Below, piece after piece: positions 1 to 7,038 of a DNA stretch of 37,252 nucleotides. The first letter of the stretch is position 1, and each line of letters starts with the position of its first letter. This stretch comes from a virus (lineage: Duplodnaviria; Heunggongvirae; Uroviricota; Caudoviricetes). The notes under the pieces were generated by a model that saw only the letters and a program-made list of their open reading frames with translations, ran no database searches and was not told the origin of the DNA. The position numbers and the translations under genes were made by a program. The stretch is taken from positions 1 to 37,252 of the IMG/VR virus record IMGVR_UViG_2563366981_000002, one strand, 5' to 3'.

Positions 1-1053
1 TTACGGGGTAATGCCAACCGCTGCCGCCACTTTGTCGCCACTTGGCAGCGTTGCCAGAGGATTGAAACGGAGCGCCGTTTCCAGATGATCCGGTGCCAGA
101 TGTGCGTAACGCATCGTCATTTTTATATCGTGATGTCCGAGAATTTTTTGTAAGGCCAGGATGTTTCCACCCGACATCATGAAGTGCGCTGCAAACGTAT
201 GGCGCAGAACGTGTGTGAGTTGACCGCGAGGGAGCACGATAGACGTTTTTTCCATCACGGATAAAAATTGAAAATAGCAGTCTGTGAAGAAATTGAACCC
301 ATCAAGCGCCATGATCTCTTCGTAAAGCTCTTTACTGATAGGGATGCTTCTGTTTTTCTTCCCCTTCGTTCTTACAAAGGTAATTCGGTATTTGGTCACC
401 TGTGAACGAGTAAGATTTACGGCTTCTCGCCAGCGTGCGCCTGTGCTTAAGCATATCTTAACTACCAGTGCCAGAATTGGGTCCTGACGTTTGCAATCAG
501 CCAGTAATTCAACAATCTGCTCATGGGTAAGCCATGCCATCTCTTTTTCTGCGATGGTGAATTTTCGCATGTTCTCCAGTGGGTTCGGATACGACCATTC
601 GCCCAGGCGGGATAGTTCGCTAAAAACACTACTAAGATAGCTTTGCTCCAGGTTAATGGTGACCGGGCTTGCTCCTTTCTTCCATTTTTCGCTGAAGTAG
701 ATCTCTCCTGTCAGGCGTTTATCTCGATAGTGGGCAAACATTTTAGAGGTGAGATCGGTTGCAAGGGGATTGCCCAGAGCGTCAACTATCAACAGCAATT
801 TGTCATAGACATGCTGCCCAGCTGTCAGAGATTTACCATGTAGTTTGAACCATAGCTCAACCACGTCTTTCAGTGTTCGACGATCCACTGATTCACCCAG
901 CCAGGGCTTTGCTTCGGTTTCTTCCATCGTGTGACGCTCAAAAGCCAGAGCTTCACCTTTGGTGGCGAATTGTTTACGCACACGACGTCCACTACGTCCC
1001 GCGGGGTAACATTCGCATAGCCATTTTCCTGTGGTGAGTTTTCGTACTGCCAT
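1..1053 (-). CDS. int: tyrosine integrase (P2-type)
   Basis: 350-aa ORF; C-terminal catalytic signature (...HVLRHTFAAHFMMSGGNILALQKILGHHDIKMTMRYAHL...); first gene at prophage left end; RBS GGAGGG 9 nt upstream of ATG. Confidence 0.9.
   Translation of the reverse strand: MAVRKLTTGKWLCECYPAGRSGRRVRKQFATKGEALAFERHTMEETEAKPWLGESVDRRTLKDVVELWFKLHGKSLTAGQHVYDKLLLIVDALGNPLATDLTSKMFAHYRDKRLTGEIYFSEKWKKGASPVTINLEQSYLSSVFSELSRLGEWSYPNPLENMRKFTIAEKEMAWLTHEQIVELLADCKRQDPILALVVKICLSTGARWREAVNLTRSQVTKYRITFVRTKGKKNRSIPISKELYEEIMALDGFNFFTDCYFQFLSVMEKTSIVLPRGQLTHVLRHTFAAHFMMSGGNILALQKILGHHDIKMTMRYAHLAPDHLETALRFNPLATLPSGDKVAAAVGITP
19..40. repeat. putative attachment core copy (attL), inside the 3' end of int
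   Basis: CGCTGCCGCCACTTTGTCGCCA; matches 34398-34419 with one mismatch. Confidence 0.55.
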
Positions 1054-1077
1054 AAAAAATGCCCTCCAGTGGAGAGC

Positions 1078-1106
1078 ATTTTTACTGTATGTATAACCAG
1101 TGTCAA
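1078..1106 (-). promoter_or_regulatory. putative int promoter with operator-like dyad
   Basis: Minus strand reads TTGACA, 16-nt spacer, TAAAAA; the spacer contains CTG-N10-CAG (plus strand TACTGTATGTATAACCAGTG, 1083-1102), resembling a LexA box. Confidence 0.35.
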
Positions 1107-1142
1107 TGTATATGAATTAAGATTCATACATTGAGGTTAATT

Positions 1143-1748
1143 TTATCTTTCTACTTCCCAGCGTAGAGATTGCATTAACATAGCATAAATATTGAACAGG
1201 AAAGTTTTTAAAGTTAATACAAGGAACACTGCACTGCTTCCTACGAGTATATATAGTATTTGAACTCCAACAACTTTAGTGCAATGAGAAAACATTAAGG
1301 CTCTGAGTAATTTTGTAGCCAATCCATTTTCTTGCCCGAAAAGAAGGACTAAAAGATAGATAACAGACCAAAATATGAAATATATAAATACTCTCATAAA
1401 TACACCATAAACATATTTTAAGTAACTTATCCCGTATAATGGATGCTTATACTCCATTAATGAAAGGAAAAGTTCAGGTTTATTTATGGTTGCAAATATT
1501 GTAAATCCAGTAATTAAAAAACCTAATGTTGTTGTAGTGAATCCGAATACTAAAGGTGTCCATTGTCTAATAGATGAAATTAACTCTGGTGATGAAGATA
1601 GACAAAAAGCATTAATAGATAATAATATCACTAACAATAATGTGAAATAAAAGTCAAATGAATTGACCTTTATTTTTTTAGTTAATTTGTAAACATCATG
1701 CAAAGATCGCTCTTTGGTCAGATCTTCTGGGTTGAATGTATATTTCAT
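1143..1748 (-). CDS. accessory small membrane protein (about four predicted TM helices); function unknown
   Basis: 201-aa ORF with four hydrophobic segments; AT-rich; start 1 nt after the stop of the upstream ORF (translational coupling). Confidence 0.7.
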   Translation of the reverse strand: MKYTFNPEDLTKERSLHDVYKLTKKIKVNSFDFYFTLLLVILLSINAFCLSSSPELISSIRQWTPLVFGFTTTTLGFLITGFTIFATINKPELFLSLMEYKHPLYGISYLKYVYGVFMRVFIYFIFWSVIYLLVLLFGQENGLATKLLRALMFSHCTKVVGVQILYILVGSSAVFLVLTLKTFLFNIYAMLMQSLRWEVER

Positions 1749-1749
1749 A

Positions 1750-2799
1750 CTATAGCCACCTAGAAATTATTGATGTTAACTTGGAAAAAATTTTAGTATA
1801 ATCTTCACGTTCTGGAATAATAATATTTCCTTCATCCTTTAATTCTGTGAATGCAGAATACGCCTCTTGAGCAGCTCTTTCCAAATCAGAACTAAGTTGT
1901 GGCCTTGATGCTTTTAGAGTAAAACTATCATTATTCCCTGATAGCCTTGCTCCGTGTTCATCTTTACCACTGATAATTACTTTAGAGTTGGCCATTCGGG
2001 TTGCACTTGTTGTTTTTTGAATGACGGCCTCAGAATTTAAACCATCTTCATTTTTATTTGTGTATACTAATTGAGCTTTACTACTATTAAGTTCTTCTTT
2101 TTCTTGTTCAATTTTCCTCCAGAAGCCATCAAGAGATATATTTTCACTATTTGTTGGCAATAACTCAATTGATAATCTATTAACAACAGAAAAGAGTTCA
2201 ACAAAATTGCTCAATGATCTTGGGTCTGTTAAGGGGGTAACCCGTAATTTGGGGGCTCCTAGTTTACGATAAATATCTTTTTTATACAGTCGATCAATGT
2301 ATGATTTTTTCTTTCTAATTCTTTTATTTTTTTTTACTTCGTAATCCACAAAAGAATTATATCGCTGTGCAAGGCAATACTTGCTAGTATTTTCAAATTC
2401 TTCTAGGGTAGGGGCTCCAGAAACCTCTTTGCAAAGCATTAATCTGTGCTCATTAAGCATAAGAATAAAAATAGAGCTGGGGTGACTTTCTAGCGTCCTG
2501 TGATCTCGAATTAATTGACCATCTTGAAATATTTGATCTCGTTTAAATATGGTCTTTTTTATAATGCGGCCACACAATGCAATTGTTGGAACTATAGGAC
2601 CAATAAAATCTGAATCTGTAGTATCTAACGTAATAATTTTTGTGTCAGTAAAGAAATATTCTGTATCTTTAAATTTTCTAACGTATTTTTGTGCGAAAAA
2701 TGAAGGAAAAACAATGCAATCAAAAGCATCTAAGAGAACTTTGTCCTCTCCAAAATTTAAGGTATAGTTTGCAAATTCAATAGTTTTCGTAAAGCTCAT
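1750..2799 (-). CDS. accessory soluble protein, 349 aa, no motif recognised
   Basis: Long ORF, AT-rich, Lys/Asn/Ile-rich; start 2 nt after the repressor stop; between repressor and int where P2 has no gene. Confidence 0.7.
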   Translation of the reverse strand: MSFTKTIEFANYTLNFGEDKVLLDAFDCIVFPSFFAQKYVRKFKDTEYFFTDTKIITLDTTDSDFIGPIVPTIALCGRIIKKTIFKRDQIFQDGQLIRDHRTLESHPSSIFILMLNEHRLMLCKEVSGAPTLEEFENTSKYCLAQRYNSFVDYEVKKNKRIRKKKSYIDRLYKKDIYRKLGAPKLRVTPLTDPRSLSNFVELFSVVNRLSIELLPTNSENISLDGFWRKIEQEKEELNSSKAQLVYTNKNEDGLNSEAVIQKTTSATRMANSKVIISGKDEHGARLSGNNDSFTLKASRPQLSSDLERAAQEAYSAFTELKDEGNIIIPEREDYTKIFSKLTSIISRWL

Positions 2800-2801
2800 T
2801 G

Positions 2802-3743
2802 TTAAACCCTTTTTCTAATTATTCCTTTAACTTTATTATTAAATTCCAAATCTTCTTTATCGCATTCAAAGCTATATTTTGTGTTTTCAACGCGGATGCG
2901 ATTGTTTGGAAGTTTAAATATGTCTCTAAAAGTAAATTCTCCGTTAATAGATACTAACCATAGACCATCGCTAAGATACTCCTCTTTGCTAATGATATAT
3001 GAATCATTTGCGGAATTAACTATATAGGGATGTTTTAGATTTTGAGGTAAAATTTCGCTCGAAACGATTAATTCTCTTTGATCAGTAAGTTTGCCGTCAC
3101 GTAGATCATAGCAGTCTAATGTAAGCAACCCACTTAGCTTTGTTTGATTGGAATGCCCCTTACCAAAAGATAACCACTCGAGAGACACTCCTGTTTCTAA
3201 ACAGCATTGGATGATCCAGTCTGCCGGAAAAATGTCTCGCATGTATCGTGTAGCTAATGTGCTTTTTGAGATACCAAGGTGATCGGCTAAGGCTTGGCGC
3301 GTTTTGTAACCGTAAGCCTTAACAATTCGCTCTATTGCTGCTTTACCCCCTCGAGTGAAATCCATGTGGTTTTCATTATCGAACTTTATCGTGGGGGTGT
3401 GAACTTCATTGCAAAATTCATCTGCAGACTGTTTTTCAGCATGCCGTTCTGGCGAAGGAACTGGCACTCCTTCTTCAGCATCTAAACCAAATGCTAACCA
3501 TTCGATTGATGCGCCAGTTTCCATTGAACATATAACAACCCAATCAGCAGGGAAGGTATCGCGTGCATATCTGTTAGCCATTGTACTTTGTGAAATACCA
3601 AGGTGGTTACAGAATGCTTGGCGTGATTTGAAACCATAGGCCATGAGTATTCTCTCAATGACTTTTTGCCCTCCTCGATTCTGCATGACCATGGCTTTCA
3701 GATGATCTTCAATATGGCGAAATGTGATTTTATTAGTTGACAT
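2802..3743 (-). CDS. CI-type immunity repressor with tandem duplicated HTH domain and S24/LexA-like C-terminal domain
   Basis: Two internal repeats (…ERILMAYGFKSRQAFCNHLGISQSTMANRYARDTFPADWVVICSMETGASIEWLAFG / …ERIVKAYGYKTRQALADHLGISKSTLATRYMRDIFPADWIIQCCLETGVSLEWLSFG) resembling the 186 CI N-terminal fold; C-terminus has GEFTF motif like lambda CI; divergent from Apl/Cox-like gene. Confidence 0.75.
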   Translation of the reverse strand: MSTNKITFRHIEDHLKAMVMQNRGGQKVIERILMAYGFKSRQAFCNHLGISQSTMANRYARDTFPADWVVICSMETGASIEWLAFGLDAEEGVPVPSPERHAEKQSADEFCNEVHTPTIKFDNENHMDFTRGGKAAIERIVKAYGYKTRQALADHLGISKSTLATRYMRDIFPADWIIQCCLETGVSLEWLSFGKGHSNQTKLSGLLTLDCYDLRDGKLTDQRELIVSSEILPQNLKHPYIVNSANDSYIISKEEYLSDGLWLVSINGEFTFRDIFKLPNNRIRVENTKYSFECDKEDLEFNNKVKGIIRKRV

Positions 3744-3765
3744 ATTCTTTATGCGAACCTATTCT
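3737..3765 (+). promoter_or_regulatory. putative rightward early (lytic) promoter
   Basis: TTGACA (3737-3742), 17-nt spacer, TATTCT (3760-3765); the -35 overlaps the repressor start codon. Confidence 0.3.
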
Positions 3766-3831
3766 CCGTTTTGTGAAGTTTTCGTCACGATTAATACCGG
3801 CTCACCACAAGCCAATAGGAGATGTTGCATC

Positions 3832-4053
3832 ATGACCCCTAACATTTCAATAACTCTGAATACGCCGCACGTCACAATTGAGCGTTATAGCGAACTTACT
3901 GGTCTTTCTATCGACACAATCAACGATATGCTGGCTGATGGTCGCATCCCTCGTCATCGCCTTCGGAAAGACAAGAAAAGAGAAAAGGTAATGATCAACC
4001 TTGCTGCTCTTACCGTTGATGCACTTACTGATTGCAATGTTGTATTCAACTAG
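3832..4053 (+). CDS. Apl/Cox-like excisionase / switch regulator
   Basis: 73-aa basic protein from internal ATG of ORF 3724-4053; first rightward gene facing the repressor. Confidence 0.6.
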   Translation: MTPNISITLNTPHVTIERYSELTGLSIDTINDMLADGRIPRHRLRKDKKREKVMINLAALTVDALTDCNVVFN

Positions 4054-4085
4054 TTCCATTTTGGGATACATCAGGGGTGTCGACT

Positions 4086-4595
4086 ATGTTTGATTACCAA
4101 GTTTCCAAACATCCACATTTTGATGAAGCCTGTCGTGCATTCGCGCTGCGCCACAACCTGGTGCAACTGGCAGAACGTGCTGGCATGAATGTGCAGATTC
4201 TGCGGAACAAGCTGAACCCGGCTCAACCTCATTTATTAACCGCACCAGAAATCTGGCTGCTTACCGATCTGACTGAAGATTCAACGCTGGTAGATGGTTT
4301 TCTGGCTCAGATTCACTGCCTGCCATGCGTACCGATTAATGAGGTGGCAAAAGAGAAACTGCCACATTACGTCATGAGTGCAACCGCAGAGATCGGGCGT
4401 GTTGCTGCAGGTGCGGTATCTGGCGATGTAAAAACCAGTGCAGGTCGTCGTGATGCTATCAGCAGCATTAACTCTGTTACACGACTGATGGCGCTGGCTG
4501 CTGTTTCATTGCAGGCCCGTTTACAGGCTAATCCTGCGATGGCGAGTGCAGTTGATACCGTGACTGGCCTCGGTGCTTCATTCGGTTTGCTGTGA
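4086..4595 (+). CDS. CII-like lysogeny establishment regulator (186 type)
   Basis: 169 aa from ATG at 4086 ([24 protein letters not shown]...); position after Apl-like gene; recalled resemblance to 186 CII. Confidence 0.65.
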   Translation: MFDYQVSKHPHFDEACRAFALRHNLVQLAERAGMNVQILRNKLNPAQPHLLTAPEIWLLTDLTEDSTLVDGFLAQIHCLPCVPINEVAKEKLPHYVMSATAEIGRVAAGAVSGDVKTSAGRRDAISSINSVTRLMALAAVSLQARLQANPAMASAVDTVTGLGASFGLL

Positions 4596-4602
4596 GGTGC
4601 TT

Positions 4603-4899
4603 ATGCTGACGAAAGAACCATCATTTGCATCGCTGCTGGTAAAACAAAGCCCGGCAATGCACTACGGTCACGGCTGGATCATGGGTGAGGATGGCAAACG
4701 CTGGCATCCATATCATTCACAAGATGAATTGCTGTCTGAATTGACCACGAGGAAACGGAGAAAGTCCAAATGTATGCGGCAGAAAGTGAAGTGGTTTATC
4801 AGTTTCGTTACAGAGGGGAGAGTTATTCAGTACCTGAAGATGATTTGCTCTGTTGCTATCCGTCGTTGTCGGGCGATGGTAGCTACTTTTTCACGCTAA
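4603..4899 (+). CDS. hypothetical early protein
   Basis: ATG at 4603 preceded by GAGGTG; C-terminal third overlaps the next ORF in another frame, so the true 3' end is uncertain. Confidence 0.3.
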   Translation: MLTKEPSFASLLVKQSPAMHYGHGWIMGEDGKRWHPYHSQDELLSELTTRKRRKSKCMRQKVKWFISFVTEGRVIQYLKMICSVAIRRCRAMVATFSR

Positions 4900-4994
4900 A
4901 GGATGGAACCTTTATACGTGGTGAAAGAGTACAAGAAGTGATGCGTATAAAGACATCACCTCTTGAACGTTATCGGCGAAGTATTTATCGGTAA
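4770..4994 (+). CDS. hypothetical early protein
   Basis: 74-aa ORF with GGAGAAAG RBS; protein-like composition. Confidence 0.45.
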   Translation: MYAAESEVVYQFRYRGESYSVPEDDLLCCYPSLSGDGSYFFTLKDGTFIRGERVQEVMRIKTSPLERYRRSIYR

Positions 4995-5233
4995 CGATCT
5001 ATCAGTGTCTGTATCAGATGAGTGAATTCTTGTTGTTTAACCGAACCTAAAGGAAGTTTGTTTAATTCTTCGCGGAGGAGCTCAAAAAATGCAGATTGAT
5101 TTGCTGAGTCAGTTCGAAATAAGGAGTGGATCAGACCTGAAACAAGAATTCGTTGAACAGCAACCTCATCGCGAAGACTGGAGATCTCGTTTTCAAGTTG
5201 CTCTAAACGCTCTCTTTCAACCGGGTTCAACAT
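4985..5233 (-). CDS. hypothetical coiled-coil protein, antisense to the early operon
   Basis: 82-aa ORF with heptad-like Leu/Glu pattern; RBS AAGGA 7 nt upstream; overlaps a less convincing plus-strand ORF (5089-5325). Confidence 0.4.
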   Translation of the reverse strand: MLNPVERERLEQLENEISSLRDEVAVQRILVSGLIHSLFRTDSANQSAFFELLREELNKLPLGSVKQQEFTHLIQTLIDRYR

Positions 5234-5314
5234 TGATGATTCCTTCTAGCTATCAATATGTTGGTAATGGATCATATCAAAAATTTTTTAGTAGATGTGT
5301 TGTGGGATGCATAA

Positions 5315-5656
5315 ATGGCTATTGAAGGCGCTGCGGCGACTGTTCCATTAAGCCCCGGTGAACGCCTGAATGGACTTAATCACATAGCGGAATTAAGGGC
5401 GAAAGTTTTTGGCCTGAATATTGAGTCAGAGCTTGAGCGGTTTATTAAAGATATGCGTGATCCACGGGATATCAATAACGAACAAAATAAACGAGCACTG
5501 GCAGCCATATTCTTTATGGCAAAAATTCCGGCTGAACGTCATAGCATCAGCATTAATGAGCTGACCACTGACGAAAAGCGGGAGTTGATTAAAGCAATGA
5601 ATCATTTTCGTGCAGTGGTGAGCTTATTTCCCAGACGGCTAACCATGCCGAATTAA
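5315..5656 (+). CDS. hypothetical early protein
   Basis: 113-aa ORF in early operon orientation. Confidence 0.5.
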   Translation: MAIEGAAATVPLSPGERLNGLNHIAELRAKVFGLNIESELERFIKDMRDPRDINNEQNKRALAAIFFMAKIPAERHSISINELTTDEKRELIKAMNHFRAVVSLFPRRLTMPN

Positions 5657-5723
5657 CCAACTAATGAAATTAATGGCGTAAACCCGCCGGGCATCCCTTT
5701 ATCTAAATTCAGGAGAATTGATT

Positions 5724-5957
5724 ATGCGTAATATTGAAATCCTCACGACTAAAACCGGACCGGATGATGCAGGGCTTAATATTTTACTGACAGAGGCTCG
5801 TCTGGAAGAACGCCGGGCAAGGGCTGAAGCAATGGCAGCTCGCCTTGATAGTTTGGCGTGTCATATTACATCCCGCCAGCTAAACCACGTCGAAGCGGCA
5901 GAACTGCTGCGTGTGACTGCTGAAGCAATCCAGAACGAAGCGCAGGAGATCCACTAA
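5724..5957 (+). CDS. hypothetical early protein
   Basis: ATG at 5724 with AGGAG 8 nt upstream; stop overlaps next start (TAATG). Confidence 0.6.
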   Translation: MRNIEILTTKTGPDDAGLNILLTEARLEERRARAEAMAARLDSLACHITSRQLNHVEAAELLRVTAEAIQNEAQEIH

Positions 5958-6184
5958 TGGCTGATGCAATGGATCTCGTACAGCAGCGCGTTGAAGAAGA
6001 ACGCCAGCGCCATATCCGTGCTGCCCGTGCCAGAACGCCGGGCGTGTCACGCGTGCTTTGCATTGAATGTGAAGCGCCAATTCCGCCAGCAAGACGCCGC
6101 GCCATTCCGGGAGTGCAGCTTTGCATTACCTGCCAGGAAATAGCAGAGCTGAAAGGCAAACATTACAACGGAGGTGCTGTATGA
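5957..6184 (+). CDS. TraR/DksA-family C4 zinc-finger protein
   Basis: CIECEAPIP...CITCQ four-cysteine motif in a 75-aa protein; typical P2-like early gene. Confidence 0.7.
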   Translation: MADAMDLVQQRVEEERQRHIRAARARTPGVSRVLCIECEAPIPPARRRAIPGVQLCITCQEIAELKGKHYNGGAV

Positions 6185-7038
6185 GCACCATCCTGAAATG
6201 GGCGGGTAATAAAACCGCCGTTATGTCCGAACTGAAAAAATACCTTCCTGCTGGCCCGCGACTGGTTGAACCTTTCGCGGGTTCCTGTGCAGTGATGATG
6301 GAGACGGATTACCCCAGCTATCTGGTAGCGGATATTAATCCTGATTTAATCAACCTCTATAAAAAGGTTGCTGCTGATTGTGAGGTGTTTATATCTCGCG
6401 CCAGAATTTTGTTTGAGGAAGCAAACAGTGAGCTGGCTTATTACAACATAAGGCAGGAGTTTAATTACTCAACTGAAATTACTGATTTCATGAAATCGGT
6501 ATATTTCCTGTATCTCAATCGTCATGGTTACCGTGGGTTATGTCGCTATAACAAGAGCGGGCATTTCAACATTCCCTACGGTAATTATAAAAAACCGTAT
6601 TTCCCTGAAAAAGAAATTCGCGCATTTGCAGAGAAAGCCCAGCGGGCAACGTTTATCTGCGCCAGCTTTGATGAAACGCTGGCGATGTTGAAGGCGGGGG
6701 ATGTGGTGTATTGCGATCCGCCGTATGACGGTACGTTTTCCGGCTATCACACTGATGGCTTCACTGAGGATGACCAGTATCACCTGGCATCCGTTCTTGA
6801 ACATCGATCATCTGAAGGTCATCCGGTCATTGTTTCTAACAGTGACACATCCCTGATTCGTTCGCTGTATCGCAATTTCACTCACCACTACATCAAGGCA
6901 AAACGCAGCATCGGCGTGTCGGCTGGCGAGAGTAAATCTGCAACAGAAATCATTGCTGTTTCCGGGGCGCGCTGCTGGGTGGGATTTGATCCTTCGCGTG
7001 GCGTGGATAGTTCTGCTGTGTACGAGGTGCGTGTATGA
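6181..7038 (+). CDS. dam: DNA adenine methyltransferase (Dam-like)
   Basis: [16 protein letters not shown] and DPPY motifs; ATGA overlap with the upstream gene. Confidence 0.85.
   Translation: MSTILKWAGNKTAVMSELKKYLPAGPRLVEPFAGSCAVMMETDYPSYLVADINPDLINLYKKVAADCEVFISRARILFEEANSELAYYNIRQEFNYSTEITDFMKSVYFLYLNRHGYRGLCRYNKSGHFNIPYGNYKKPYFPEKEIRAFAEKAQRATFICASFDETLAMLKAGDVVYCDPPYDGTFSGYHTDGFTEDDQYHLASVLEHRSSEGHPVIVSNSDTSLIRSLYRNFTHHYIKAKRSIGVSAGESKSATEIIAVSGARCWVGFDPSRGVDSSAVYEVRV

Noticed and set aside
3294-3639. Two plus-strand ORFs (63 and 76 aa) within the repressor gene
   Set aside because: They are antisense to a gene with strong domain evidence, have no RBS and a non-protein-like composition.
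1143-3743. Toxin-antitoxin or restriction-modification interpretation of the repressor-linked cassette
   Set aside because: There is no methyltransferase or nuclease motif and no small antitoxin-like partner; the soluble-protein plus four-TM architecture fits an exclusion pair better than TA or RM.
5089-5325. 78-aa plus-strand ORF with a GAGGAG RBS
   Set aside because: It overlaps the more protein-like antisense coiled-coil ORF and ends in a Cys/Trp-rich tail; kept only as an alternative in the findings.
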